A stretch of 64,000 nucleotides of DNA from the human T2T-CHM13v2.0 reference genome, Homo sapiens, in the NCBI RefSeq assembly GCF_009914755.1, contig NC_060938.1; one strand, given 5' to 3'. This document shows positions 32,480 to 47,212 of this stretch, one piece after another (the stretch's first letter is position 1; each line of letters begins with the position of its first letter). The translations under genes were made by a program, and so were the position numbers. The notes beneath the pieces were generated by a model. It saw only the letters and a program-made list of their open reading frames with translations, was not told the DNA's origin and did not search any database.

Positions 32480-33024
32480 CAGGGTGTCTGAAACACGGCA
32501 TTGTTGGCATTTGGAGCCGGGTCATTCCTTGTCGTGTGGACTGTCTTGGGCATTGGAGAATGTTAGCAGTATCCCCGGGCTCTGTCCACTAGATGCCAGT
32601 AGCATCACCCTCTGAGTTGTAACAATCAAAAGTATCTTTACATATCACCAAATGTCCCCCTGGGGGATCAGTTTGCTCCTGGTTGAGAACCACGGCTCTA
32701 GGGCTGTGCCACCCAGTATGGTAGCCAGGGGCCACATGTGGCTAGTGAGCACCTGAGATGTGGCTCAAGTATATTGAGATGAGCTGTGAGTGTAATATAC
32801 ACACTGGACTTTGAGCACTTAATAGGAAAAAAATATGAAATGTCCTATTAGTAATTTTTAATATATTTATGGTATCTTAAAATGACAATATTTTGGATAT
32901 ATTGGGTTAAATAAAATACAGTATTGGGATTAATTTTACCCATTTCTGTTTACTATTTCTAATGTGGCTATGAGAAAATTGATGTTGCACACATGGCTCA
33001 CATTCTCTTTCTCTTGGGTCTAGA
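32480..33024. mobile_element. Adjacent MER20 (~32480-32697) and MER33 (~32701-33020) hAT-Charlie elements
   Basis: CCACTAGATGCCAGTAGCA...GGTTGAGAACCAC (MER20); GGCCACATGTGGCTA..GAGCAC (MER33). Confidence 0.7.
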
Positions 33025-36000
33025 GCCTCACCAGCCCCATGTGGTAGGTGAGGGCACGGACTGCAGTGTCAGAACCGCCCAAGGCCACGTCCTAGCCTCA
33101 CCGCTTCCTAGCTCTGTGACCTTCAGTGAGCTACTGAGCTTCTCTGGGTCTCACAGTGGCGGTCACTTTCTCCAAGACCTCAGATCAAAGTTCCCAAACT
33201 TGCAGGGGAAATGGTGAACTTTGTAAGATTCTGATGTTGAAGGTGGTATTTTCTGGACAGTCTTGGAGATCCTTCTGTGGCACTCAGGGCTGTTGTCACT
33301 ACCAAGGTGTTACCCACCTCCCTTCCCCCCGTCCCCTCTGCTCCCAGAGAGAACAAAGTGTTTTTTCTCAATGGGTCCAGTCAAAGACATCTCCCCGGCC
33401 CTGCGGCGTGAGCAGGAAGCAGGTGGGATTGCTTTCCCCAACATGCACCTCTTTCCAGGGTGGCACCTTTACCCAGCATCTCCCCTGACTCCTTCCACCT
33501 CCCCTTCCCCTAAAAATCTCCCCAGCCTGGTTTCTCTTTAGCCTTCCCTGACACTTGGCAATTTGCAAATCTGTCCAATGTCTCCCCTTCTGTTTTGGCA
33601 TCTGAACCTATAAATAGCTCCCAGACAAAGTCCTGGCTGCATTGTGACAGTTTGTATGCTTGCACTGTATTCCTTTTCTCAGACTTTTAGAAAGCCTCAT
33701 CTACGCACTTGCTCAATACGAAGAGCAGCTTCCAAGAAAAGGAATCTTTTATTACAGCATGAACAGTGTAGTGGGGAGTCACCTCAGGGTAACATGCTGC
33801 TTGCAGCAACGACGAGCCCTGTGAAGCATGCGAGATGGTCCAGGCAAGGTCCTGGACCCAGGATGGTGAAAAGAAATGAGGTCTGGGCCCTGCTCTCTGG
33901 AAGCTTCGTCCAGGGCCAGAGCTGGGCCTGTAAATAAATCATGATGTGCTGTAATCAGCTGTAAAGTCAGCTGTGTGCCCAGTGCCCAGGCCAGTGGGAG
34001 GGGCCAGAAGTTCTGCCCAAGAAGGCCTCACCAAGGGATCACCTGGGGACTGCCCGATGACAGGGGAGATGGTGGCCCACAGGAAAGGCATCACTGCCGA
34101 CAGTGAGGCAGGGACACGCCGATTGCATTCCTGTAGGAGGCACTGGGACACCCTTCCTCCAGCCTGCACCTCCTCTCTCAACAAAAGGCACCTGCTATAC
34201 TGGCTGGCGGGCCATGGTCACAACTTGGCCACAGCCTTGGGCCAGTCACTTAGCCTTCCTGAGCCTCAGTTTCCTCACCTATTAAAGGTAGATAATGGAG
34301 TTGTCATTTTGATTAGAAGTACAGAGCCTGGCACAGTGAGCACTTATTAAATGGAAGATGACATTATTATTATTATTATTAAAACTTTGAAAACTGTAAC
34401 CCTCCATGACTCCTCAGGAGGCTCGAATTTACGCAAAGCCCAGTGCTGGGAATTTGGGAGAAGGAGGCAAACAATGACAGTTGCCATTGAATCAGAATCT
34501 GGATTCCAGAGAGCTCTAGAATGTAACTCTGGAAAGCACTCGGGCTGATCCCCTCTCTCAAGCTGATGATGTGCCACCTCTGGACCTCAGTTTCCCCATC
34601 TGTGCCATGGGGAGGGTGCAGAGCTATCCCTTAGAACCCTTCCATTCTGGCTTTCAGTGGTTCCCTGTCCAGGGCTGCAACCTGGGGCATTTGGAAGCAG
34701 CCTTGCTTGACCATGGCTGCTGAGTGCTCCCCATCACTTTCCCGTTGGCCTCCAGCAAAAGGCCAACTCAGGCAAACTCACTATGCCCTACTCTGCACTG
34801 CAAGCCTGCATCGCACTCGGCCCAGGGCCCTGGTGGGTGGAGACCAGGGCTAAGGAGGGATGATCTTACACTGAGAGCTGCCGACTGGACAGGTGTTGGA
34901 GCCTTACAGAGGGAGACTCAGGCAGGCTGGAAACATACAAACTCCAGGGCCAGCTCCAGAGGCAAAGGTGCCACCCCAGATCATCAGTAACAGCCAGCAA
35001 AAGAGAAAGGATGCTTTTTTTCAGCACATTTTCCCAATCGGCATCCTCTTCCAGCTCCCTGAACCCTAACTCACCCTTTGCCCTCCCCACCCTTCAGCCC
35101 CCTGCCCAGGTCTTGGAGATCTCTGTGCTGTCTTTTGTGGAGCAGCTGCTATCTTGCAGTCAGATCCTCTGTCGGGGAGGCCTTCAGCTTTTGTGCAACG
35201 ACCCAGAGGGTGTGGGAGGGGCTCAGTTACTCTTCTCCTCACCTGGCACTTAGAGAAAGCAAGTCTCAAGAGTCTCATGGTATGTGGTTGGTGGACCCAG
35301 GGGCCTGTGCCCGGTCTGTGCTGTCCAGCTTTGGGCTCTGCCTGGAGCAAAAACAAGAGCTTGCCTGTGCCGTGTTGCGGTCCTTACATGGTAGCGAATC
35401 TCAGAGAACACAGGAGCCACTCAGGCTGGCATGGGGTTGTCTGCTCTTCTCACTTTTGGCAGCTGCTACCCTCTGCTGGTACCAGCAGTGCTGGCAGCCC
35501 TGGTCTGGCAGCACCTTTTCCTCAGGCAGGAAAGGGTGGTTCTCCAACATCACCTCAAAGCCAGTGGGTGCCAGGGCTGGGCCTGGAACCAGCGGGTCCC
35601 TGGGACTCCAAAGAAATCGCTATCTTCCCCACTTCTACCCCAGGAACACAAAGCAATTTCCATCTGTTTCAGAAAATCGTGCCTTTGGATAGTAAGCCCT
35701 GTGACGGTAGCAAACATTCCTTTCTCCACCTCAGCCACAAACTGGCCAAGTGGTGGTTCCCATGGCAACTGCGGTGTTGCTGGGCAGCCGTGGACCCTGG
35801 CCAAAATGTAACTATGTCCTTCAAAATGGGGAAGGAGCCTGCCCCTTTCAGGGGCCTGTAGGATGGCCCACAGGCTGGCCAAGGTGGGTGGGGGTCCATG
35901 GAAGAGTGGGCATGGCCCTGAAGGGCCTCACTTCCCCATCCCCAGCCCATGGGGCCCTGCAGGCGCCCCCCCTCCCACTCCCCAGCTGGGAACCAGTCCC

Positions 36001-36641
36001 CAGCCCCTTGTCACTTTGACTTTTTATCCTCAGGGTCTGCGCCCCTGGCCTTTCCTGTCAGGGACCCAGCTCAAAGATGTAGTGCCCCTTTTAGGAAAGA
36101 GGATCAGAATCCATTAGGATTGAATTCTCTCACCCATCTGGGTAATAGGTGGATTTGGAATAGGTTGGCTCAGTAGTGTTACATAAGGACCTGGGGTGAA
36201 AGCTACTTCCAGGGTCCACCCAAAGGTCCCCTCCTAGCCAGGTGTAAGGGCATTTTTTTCTCCAAGCATTGAGCCCTCCGAAAGGTCAGAAACTCCTGTC
36301 TCCTGTAGGGGTGGTGTCCAAGCCTTCCTTGTGTCCCCGATAACAATTTCCTCCTGGGGCAATCCTAATCTCTCCATTGTAATCCATCCAGTGCTCATTC
36401 CATAAGCATGCATATTGAGGCCTTCTGCATGCAAGATTTTCCTTAGGTAAAATCAATCAACATCTCTCTCGCCCTACCAACCAAATGTTCAATCATCAAA
36501 AGAGAATGAGCTGATTATTTTTGAATCTCTACCCACCCCTCCCCACCAAGAAAGAATTACAGGTAGGTCCCAGGGCCCATATACCGGCAGATTCCCTGTT
36601 ACCCTTCTGTTGAGGCTTCCTGTCAATTTCCTTATCCATTT

Positions 36642-36645
<4 letters not shown>

Positions 36646-36678
<33 letters not shown>

Positions 36679-36946
36679 AGATGGAGGGAGTCTCCCTCTG
36701 TCACCCAGGCTGGACCTCATTGCAACTTCCACCTCCTAGGCTCAAATGATCCTCCTGCCTTAGCCTCCCAAGGTAGCTGGGACTGCAGATGTGGGCCACC
36801 ATGGCTGGCTAATTTTTGTATTTTTGGTAGAGATGGTGTTTCACCATGTTGCCTAGGCTGGTCTCAAATACCTGAGTTCAAGGGATCCACCCACCTTGGC
36901 CTCCCAAAGTGCTAGGATTACAGGCGCGAGCCACCACTCCCCGCCC
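36646..36946 (-). mobile_element. AluJ with long poly(T)
   Basis: About 30 T followed by diverged reverse Alu. Confidence 0.9.
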
Positions 36947-37719
36947 CATTTACTCTTTATTTCTACATACTATGAGCACAATAAGTCCTTGTTGATGAGT
37001 AAATACATAATGAAAAATGCCCTAGTCAAAGAGAAACTCTGACCAAGCCCTTCAAATGGGGGTCAGAAGTGGAAATTTTATTAACAACGACTATTGTCGA
37101 TCAAAATGTGTTAGAAGTGGGATCTCTGGGGTTAACAAAGCTGTCTGCTAAAATGAAAGATTGGGTTTGTGTTTCACAAGTATGTGTATGCTTCAAAAAT
37201 AATGATCCTTGGCAAGGTACATCCTCGTTCCATGCTTTCATATCATGATCTGTTCCTTCTCAAAGCAAGGATCAGGCTTGGATTAACAAACGCTCACACT
37301 TCATATGTTAGCAAAGATAAATGAGACTGTAATGAAGGCATGTGTCAATAGACATTCTTTCCCTAGAGTCAGTGTGATGAAGGATAAGTTTAAGTTTTCA
37401 TTTGTTGAATACATTAGCCTCAATCACTGGGAACTTGCAGTAATTAAAACTGGGCATATCTGAAATTTACCTTTGCACCATCTGTGAAGAAAGCATCTAG
37501 GAAGGGAAATAATAGTGTCAATAAAATTACAGAGAGGACTTTGGCCTAGATAAGGATAATAACTGGTTAAAGGCCCACAATTCATTAATGATATCAATAG
37601 AGAGAAGAATTGACCGTTAATTAAAGCAGATTGGGAATGGCCCTATTGAATCATTTATGTAACACCCATTATGTGCCTACTATTTTCCAGACAAGCTTGG
37701 ATAGCACTATTTTATTCTT

Positions 37720-40090
37720 AAATATTGGAAAGACCCTATTAAGAGGATGAAAAGACAAGGTCAGATGCAGTGGCATGCACCTGTAATATAAGCTACTTGG
37801 GAGGCTGCAGTGAGAGCATCCCTTGAGCCCTAGAGTTCAGCACCAGCCTGGGAAGCAGAGGGAACCCCAGAGCCAGTCTCAAAAAAAAAAAAAAAAAAGA
37901 GGACAAAAAGACAAACTACAGAATGGGAGAAAACATTTGCAAATCACATATCTGACAAAAAATGTGCATCTAGAATATATAAAGAACTCTCTGCCAGGTG
38001 CAGTGGCTTATACCTGTAATCCCAACACTTTGGGAAGACAAGGTGGAAGGATTGCTTGAGCCCAGGAGTTCAAGACCAGCCTGGGCAACATATTGAGACC
38101 CCATATCTACAACAACAATAACAACAAAAATTAGCTGGGCATGGTGGTGCATGCCTGTAGTTCCAGCTACTTGGGAGGCTTAGCTGAGAGGATTGCTTAA
38201 ACCCAGGATGTTCAGGCTACAGTGAGCCATGATCACACCACTGCATTCTAGTCTGGGTAACGGAGCAGGACCCTGTCTCAAAAAATAAATAAATAAATAA
38301 AGACAAGTAACCCAATCAAAAATGGGCAAAGGATCTGAGAAGACATTTTTGCCAAGAATATATGGAAATAACCAATAAACACATGAAAAGACTCTCAACA
38401 GCACTAATCATCAGACATGCAAATCAAAAAACCACCATGAGATACACTTCACACCCACTAGGGTGACTATCATAAAAAAGATGGACAATAACAAGTGTTG
38501 ACAAGGGCATGGAGAAATTAGAATCCTCACGGTGGGAATATAAAATGGTGCTGTCACTTTGGAAAACAGTTTGACAGTTTCTTAAACATACAGAATTGCC
38601 ATATGACTGAGCAATTCCACTTCTAGCTATATACCCAAGAGAAGTAAAAACATCCACACAAAAACGTGTACACAAATGTTCACAGCAGCATTACTTGTAG
38701 TAGCCAAAATGTGGAAACTATCCAAATGTCCATCAACTGATGAGTGGAAAAATACAATGTGATATATCCATACAGTAAAATATTATTCAGCCATAAAGAA
38801 AAATATTCAATTAGAAAATGGGCAAAACACATGAACAGACATTTCACCAAACAGGATATACAGATGGCAAACAATCACATGAAAGGATGTTCAACATCAT
38901 TAATTATTTGAGAAATGCAAATTAAAACCACAATGAGATATCACTCTTCACCTATTGGAATGGTTAAAATAAAAAGTAGGGATAACATTAAAGGCTGGTG
39001 AGGATGGGAAGAAACTGAATCACCCCTGCATTGGTGGGAATGTCAAATGGTGTGGCCTCTCTGGAAAGGAGTTTGGCAGTTCCTTTGAAAAGTAGAGGCT
39101 GGACATGGCAGCTCATGCCGGTAATTCCAGCGTTTTGGGAGACCAAGGTGGGAGGATTGCTTAAGGCTAGGAGTTACCCATCTCTACAAAAAATTTAAAA
39201 ATTAGCTGGGTGTGGTGGTGCATGCCTGTGGTTCCAGGTACTCAGGAGGCTGAGGATCACTTGAGCCTGGGAGGTTGAGGTTGCAGTGAGCCGTGATGGC
39301 ACTACTGCACTCCAGCCTGGGCAACAGAGTGAGACCCCTTCCCCAAAAAAGGATGGGAAACTACAGATGGCCTTACCACATGACCCAGCAATTTCACTCT
39401 TGGGCATATATCCCAGAGAAATGAAAACACATTTTTCACACAGAAACTTACATGCCAATGTTTACAGCAGTTTCATGCATAGTAACTAAAAACTGGAAAC
39501 CATCCAAATGTCCTTCAGTGGATGAATGCCTAAACAAACCCATGGTACATCCTTACTACAGAATATTACTCAGCAGTAAAAGGCAATGAACTGTTGATTC
39601 ACGGAACAACTTGGATGAACCTCAAGGAAGTTACACTGAAAAAAGCCAGTCTTCAAAAGATATATACTTTGTGATTCAACTTATATGATGTTTGTGAAAT
39701 AATGTGATCATAGAGACTGGAACAGATTAGTTGTCAGGGCTAGTGATGGGGAGGGGGTAGATGTGGCTATGAAGGGATAGCACAAGGGAGCTCTGTGGTG
39801 TTGGATGAGCTAAATATCTTGATTGTGGTGACTGTGCGAAGCTACCTATGTGATAAAATTGCCTAATACTATACAAACACACACACACACAAATGAGTGC
39901 ATATAAAACTGCTGACATCTGAATGGCATCTGGGGATTGCATTGAGGTCAATTTCCGGGTTTTGACATTGTGCTCTAATTATGACCGATGTTACCACTGG
40001 GGGGAACTGGGTGAAGGGTACACAGGACTTCCCTATTCATTTATTTGCAACTTCTCGTGAATCTATAAGCATTCCAAAATAAACCATTTT
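37720..40090 (+). mobile_element. Old L1M ORF2-end and 3'UTR fragments interrupted by an Alu monomer (37759-37899) and AluJs (37993-38300, 39097-39350)
   Basis: L1 ORF2 C-terminal motifs (ATGCAAATCAAAA..ACCATGAGATA; GCAATTCCACTTCTAG) occur twice, so at least two L1 copies are present. Confidence 0.8.
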
Positions 40091-40276
40091 ATGAATACAG
40101 TTATTTATTTTATTAATGCAATTAAATAAATATTTGAGAACTGGCAATGTACCAACCACCATGGTATATGCTGGGGGTTCTGTGCAAAACAGAAGATGCA
40201 CACACAGTCTCTGCTCTTGACAGTTCGTTTGCATTGCTGAATGATAAAACTGAATTTCTCTCTCTCTTTTTTAGCA

Positions 40277-40569
40277 TTTTTTTTTTTGAGACAGAGTCTC
40301 ACTCTGTTGCCCAGGCTGGAGTGCAGTGGCACGATCTTGGCTCACTACAACCTCTGTCTCCTGGGTTCAAATGATCCTCCTGCATCAGCCTCTTGAGTAG
40401 CTGGGATTACAGGCACCTGCCACAATGCCCAGCTAATTTTTGTATTTTTGATAGAGACAGGGTTTCACCATGCTGGCCAGGCTGGTCTCGAACTCCTGAC
40501 CTCAACTGATCTGCTTGCCTCAGCCTCCCAAAGTGCTGGGATTACAGGTGTGAGCCACCGTGCCCAGCC
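40277..40569 (-). mobile_element. AluS
   Basis: Reverse Alu; TSD CTCTCTCTT..TAGCATTTTT. Confidence 0.93.
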
Positions 40570-40624
40570 TCTCTCTCTTAGCATTTTTAAGTTGTTTATT
40601 AAATTATACAAAAAACTTGCATTT

Positions 40625-40892
40625 AAAAAATTTATTTATTTTAATTTGGGGGTACAAGTGGGTTTTGTTTACATGGATAAGCTCTTTAGTGATGATTTCT
40701 GAGATTTTGGTGCACCTATCACCTGAGCAGTGTACACTCTACTCAACATGTAGTCTTTTATCCCTCACCCCACATGCAGCTTTCCCACCCAACTCCCCAA
40801 AGTCCGTTCTATCACTCTTATGCCTTTGCGATCTCATAGCTTAACTCCCACTTATAAGTAAGAACATATGATATATAGTTTTTCCATTCCTG
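40625..40892 (-). mobile_element. L1PB-like 3' end fragment
   Basis: GGGGTACAAGTG...CTCCCACTTATAAGT..GAACAT reverse 3'UTR. Confidence 0.75.
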
Positions 40893-41575
40893 AAAAACTG
40901 AACCTCTTTAAAAACAAAAACACCTAATCGCTTTCAGTTCTTCATGGATGTTCCATTTTGATGTTGAGATTGTGAGTGCCAGGGGCTGGGCTGGCATGTG
41001 TGTACCCAGCATCTCTACCTGCCCCTGACCCAGCCTTGAGGGTGAGTCACTGGTGAAAGGCTTCCTTTCTTCTGAGCCAGGGCAGAGTCTGTTGTCACCT
41101 GCTGTCACCTTGGAGTGCATTGGGTTCGGCTGCCTGGTGCCTGTTCTCACACCTCACCTCTTGAGACGGTTTGGACAGGGTCTGGTATGTTTCCCCTGAG
41201 GCTTTTGCTGAGGGATATGGGAGAATGTACTCAGCGTGACAAGTCTCAGGAACTGCTGGAGCTGGCAATTTTGTTGGGAGGAGTAGGCTGGCCGGCTCCC
41301 TGCCCAGGGCAGAAGCGGGTGCTGGACGGCCTGAGGCTCTATCAGAGCTGTCTTGGCAGGTTCATGGGTGATGTGGTCTCCTGGGCAGTAGGTGGCACGG
41401 GGGCTTTTCAGCTGTACTAGTAGGGTTTTGATCTGCTACTGAAAGCAGAGTGAACTGAGAGGACACTGGAAACCAATGGGCTTTAGAGAAAAATCTTGAC
41501 TGTCTCCGCTTACAGAAGTTGTATATGCTCATTATAAAAAATCGCAGGAAAACAGAATGCAGGAAGTGAAATTCA

Positions 41576-41577
<2 letters not shown>

Positions 41578-41625
<48 letters not shown>

Positions 41626-41628
41626 GTG
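41578..41628. repeat. (TG)n microsatellite
   Basis: Direct inspection. Confidence 0.95.
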
Positions 41629-42726
41629 TTTCTGGTTTTAATAACAGCTTTATTCAGATGTGTTTATTTAATGTATCAATATCTTTCTACTAGATAACAG
41701 CTTTATTCAGACGTGTTTATTTAATGTATTCAATATCTTCCAAGATCAAGGCGCTGGCAGAAAAAAAAATTTTAAGTATTAAATATCATACAATTCAGCA
41801 ATTTAAAGTATACAATTCGATGGCTTTTAGTGTATCACAGAGTTGTGCAACCATCATCACAGTCAGTTAAGAACATTTCATCACCTCAGAAAAGACACCT
41901 TGTGTTGTGTAGCAGCGTGAATGTACTCAATGCCACTGAACTGTACACTTAAAAATGGTTAAAATGCTAAATTGTGTATTATTTATAGTTTACCATTATA
42001 AAAAGAAAGAAAAAAAGAGAATGAATGAAGCCCATACCATTTAGCTAGCATCCCCCTATCTCCCCCTACCCCCAGCCCTAAGCAACCGCTGATATCCTTT
42101 CTGTCTCTGTTTATTTGGCCCATTCTGGATCTTAACACCTGAAGGCCCCTTTCGCCCAACTGTTCTTTACGGGTCCTCACTGTGTGGCAGGCATGGTGTT
42201 GGGCTCAGGGCAGGGGACAGGGAAAAGTGAGACCTGCTCCTGCCCCGGCTGTAGTCCAACAGCCCCTGCCTCTCACAGTAAAACACATGGGCGGCATTTC
42301 CCTGATGGGCATTTTGGGCAGTGCACCCTGTGTGTGGCTTTCTGATGGGAGAGGGTGGAATCCCTGGGAAACAAAGACTTTGGTGTAGAAGGTGGATCTA
42401 GAGCTGGACTCTGGAGCTGCAGGGATTCTCTGTGCAGGACAAACAGCATGAGCAGAGGCAAGGAGGTGGGAGTGAGGACTGTAGGAACAGGAGATAGGGA
42501 AGAAAATGCCCAGCCAACAGACAGGATTTCTGTTGAGGAGCAATAGGAAATGAGACCCAGTGGGTCCACAAAACCCTTTCCCTGCACCCCTGCCTCACAC
42601 CACATTGCCTTGCATGTGTAAAATGACAGTTTAGTAATATCCCCATTGACTGAACACACGGGCACTGTTCCAAGCCACTCCCATGGCATAATTTATTTCA
42701 TGCTCACAGTGATGTTTATGAGGTGG

Positions 42727-43910
42727 TGTAGTCGCTTCTTATGGCTGCCACTGCAAATTACACAAACTAGGAGCCTTAGAGCAACATAAACTCATTCTCT
42801 CACAGTTCTGGAGGCCAGAAATCGGAAATCAAGGCGTGGACAGGCTTGGTTCCTTCTGGAGACTGCGGAAGCATCTGTTCCATGCCTCCCTCCTGTATTC
42901 CGGTGGTTGCTGCCAATCTTTGGCATTCCTTGGCTGGCATTCCTTGCATCACTGCAATCTCCATCTCCAGCTTCCCATGGCATTCCCTTCGCTGGGTCTG
43001 TGTCCCATGCCCTCACATGACCTTCTTTTTTTTTGGAGACAGAGTCTCGCTCTATCCCCCAGGCTGGAGTGCAGTGGCACGATCTCACCTCTGCCTCCCA
43101 GGTTCAAGCGATTCTCATGCCTCAGCCCCCCGAGGCACCTGCTACCACTCCTGGCTAATTTTTTTTATTTCTAGTAGAGACAGGTTTGACCATGTTGGCC
43201 AGTCTGGTCTCAGACTCAGGTGATCCACCCGCCTCGGCCTCCCAAAGTGCTTGGATTACACGTGTGAGCCATCGCAGCCAGCCCATCACATGGCCTTCTT
43301 ATGAGGACACCAACCGTTGGATTTAGGGCCCACTCTAATGCAGTATGAGGTCAGCTTGGTTACATCTACAAAGAATCTATTTCCAAATAAGGTCATATTC
43401 ACGTGTGTTAGAGATTCACACGTATTCACATGTATCACATTCACATATCTTTTGCAGGAACACAAGTCAATCCTCAACAGGTGGGTACTTTACTACCCCT
43501 GTTGTGTTCGTCTGTTGTTGCATTGCTATAAAGAAAGAGACTGGGTAATTTGTAAGAAAAGAAGTTTAATTGACTGTAGTTCTGCAGGCTGTACAGGAAG
43601 CATGATGCTGGTATCTGCTCAGCTTCTGAGGAGGCCTCAGGAAACTTACAATCACGGTTTAAAGGAAAGGGGGAACAAGGTGTCTCACGTGGTGGGAGCA
43701 GAGCAAGGTGGGGGGCAGGGGCCACACACTTTTAAACAAGCAAATCTCGTGAGAACTCTATCAGAGAACAGCACCGAGGGGATGGTGCTAACCCATTCAT
43801 GAAGGACCCACCCCCATGATCCCATCACCTCCCACCAGGCCCCACCTCCAACACTGGGGATTACAATTGCACATGAGATTTGGGTGGGGACACAGATCCA
43901 AACCATATCA
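42727..43910. mobile_element. MLT1C-like LTR (~42727-43475, with Alu 43025-43283 on -) followed by an MST-type LTR (~43505-43910), inside a MIR
   Basis: TTCTCACAGTTCTGGAGGCCAGAA (MLT1); CCCACCTCCAACACTGGGGATTACAATT...CAAACCATATCA (MST). Confidence 0.7.
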
Positions 43911-46236
43911 CCTGTTTTATAGGTGAAGAAACTGAGGCACAGAGAGAAGCAACAACCTCGGCACATGCTCACGGGCAGGTGGTGTGGCCTAGGAACCCAC
44001 AGGCAAGACACCCGGCCGGTGCAGTACAGGACAGGGGGCAGTCTAGAAGCTAAGCCCACCACCCATCAGAACAAAGGATTGTTTGTCTTGTGCCAATCTG
44101 CACTCACCTTTGTTCTAGAAAGGTGCGAGGCTGTTTGTTGGGACTTCCTCAAGTCCAAGGTGTCCCTTTGGGGCCCTAGAGGGAAGGGCCATCAGCCACG
44201 TGGTAAGAGGTCCAAGACCCTGTCCGTGATGCCCCTGTGGCCTTTACCCCTCTAGGGTGTCTTTCCCAGACAGACTTTTAGTAAACATTCATCAGTCTCC
44301 CATGCACTGTGCTGGATGCTAAGGGAGACTCAAAGATGGACCAAACCCTGCCCCAGCATGCAGGGTCTCCCCGTGTGTTGCCTTCGTGTGAAGAGATGCT
44401 GTTTGCATAGTCAGGAATGGAAAGGTGGCAGAAAGGGCAGGGGCTGGGGCCAGGGGAGAGGTTTAATTGCAAAGAAACAAGCATGAGCCTTAAGCATTAC
44501 TTATGATTTTACAAATCTGGGGTTTTAACAGTAAAACAGTATTTGGGCCTCTGCGTCTAGCGTCGTGTTGGGCCCTGGCTGCCAAAGCGAATAAGCCCTA
44601 GTTCCTGCAGTAGCAGCTAACCCAGCAAGGGGACTAGATACCAAAGCCTTGTAAGGATGCTGTTTCAGGAAGGGAGTCCAGGGCTTTGTGTAAAGTGCCA
44701 GGGGGCACAGAAGGGGGTGTGACTGACTTCGTCTTCAAAGTTTATCTGTGTTCTGCAAAGATCAGGCCGTGCCTCAATGGGAAGGAAAGCCGCTGATTGT
44801 TGAGTATGCCTGGTATGTAGGCTGGGCTTTTTGTGTGCATTGCCACTAACCCACTCCAGGCATTCCTGAGGAAGGTCCTTCCTTCCCTTCCCATCTTACA
44901 GATGGAACCTCTGTCTCCCCTCTCTGCTGCCGGAAGTCTTTTGACCCCAGCCTCCCTTGGCCACACCTGTGCTGCCCCTTGTGGAAGGAGTCGGCAATGC
45001 ACCAGATGCGGGCACTAGGTGGCACTGGGACGCTCGGGGCATCCTGTGAATTCCAACACCACCAGCTAGGGTCTTTCAGACTTAAGTCATTTGTAGGCAT
45101 CCTCCAAATACCTCCTGTACCACCATCTAGTTAATATTTTATTTAAATTCTCTTTTAAAATTTTGTCTCTATCTCCTTGCCATAGACAAATATAATTTTT
45201 TTAATTATGTGAACTGTTAAGAACAGTGTTTGATATGCAGAAAGAAGGCAAATATAAAAATGAAGCTAATTGAACACAACATGTTGGTTCGCGTATCACT
45301 ATAAGCATCTCACAGACCTCTAATGCTGTGGAGTGCAGTCCTGGGCTTTGAAAACAGGTCCGCAAACTGATGTCACCTATGTGCGTGTGGCTTTAGGGAA
45401 GAGCTCCTTTCCCTTTACAGGTGGAAGGACAGAGGCACTGAGGGGGGAAAGGGCACGCTCTAAGCCTCATTGTCTGTTCCAGGCTCAGAGCCAGACCTGG
45501 AAGCCGGGTCCTGCCTTCCCTCTCCATCACATGGAAACTAGAACCTCGGGAGACCAGGACCACAGTGGGACATGCACGTGTTTCCTGGCCCCTCTGGAGC
45601 CAGAGAGCGCTCATGTGGGGCTCTCACGTGCAGGGAGCATGACCATTTGAGTGTGAGGATGAGTCAGGAGTTGTGGGGCAGGTGCCTGTGGGGCACTGAT
45701 GAACAGTGGGACCTCCAACAACCTGCTGAGCCTCTCTGGGCCCTTCGCCCTGGCTTTCCCAAGCAGGGCAGAGCATGGTGCCGTGTTCTCCACTGGTCAG
45801 TCTGGCCCCAGCTGCAGGCACTGACGGTGGCATCCTGGCACCCTGCCCCTCCGAGGAGCCCCATCCACCTTGGCATGGATTTTGAACAAATGCTTTGATC
45901 CCTCTTCCTTGCCAGAGCTGTAAAACATCAGGGTAGCCCTCGCCCTTGGGTGAGCTGTGCAGCCATTCAGGTTCTGAGAGGCCCTGGAGATCTGGGTGAC
46001 AGGCCAGTGGCCCCACTTCAGTGCCCCAGACCCATGTTCCTCCTGGAGGCTGAGGCAGAACTGGGCAACACCCTTCCTCCTGGCCTCTCCTGGGCCTCAG
46101 AATTGCCAAGTTCTAAGACTGTTGCTTGGGATGACTGTGATCTATTAAATGTTTAATTCTGCATTTACAGTCTAGAAACTTCTGTGTTATTTTGTCAAAA
46201 ATGATGAGTGTATATTAACACCAGCTATCCTAATAG

Positions 46237-46914
<678 letters not shown>

Positions 46915-47139
46915 AACAGGTAATCTCCTGAAATCTCAATGGATTGACAAGGAATTCCATTTCTCACTTACCTAAGGTCCAGCTGGCAGCTGATGTGTAT
47001 GGGGGCCGCATGCAGCCCAGCATGGGACCCAGAATGTGTGCAGCAGACACGCCCCCCGACCCCATCCTTGCCACCTCCTTCCCCCATTTTCCTTGGCAGG
47101 ATACTCACCTCACCCAGGGCCCTTCTTGTGTCTCCCCAG

Positions 47140-47212
47140 TATTGTACCTGGAAGGCTCGGCTCTTGTGTTTGAGGACATCTTCAGATTGATTGCGTTCTA
47201 CTGTGTCAGTAG
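47140..47212 (+). CDS. RIN3: RIN3 coding exon (probably exon 4, 73 nt), SH2 C-terminal part: (I)LYLEGSALVFEDIFRLIAFYCVS(R)
   Basis: CTTCTTGTGTCTCCCCAG acceptor, AG|GTGAGT donor. Phase joins the 9106 exon (A+TA = Ile), and the peptide matches recalled RIN3. Confidence 0.95.

Noticed and set aside
35078-35861. Overlapping 204-aa and 235-aa ORFs on +
   Set aside because: No recognisable domain, non-ATG starts, several frames open in GC-rich intron; consistent with chance.
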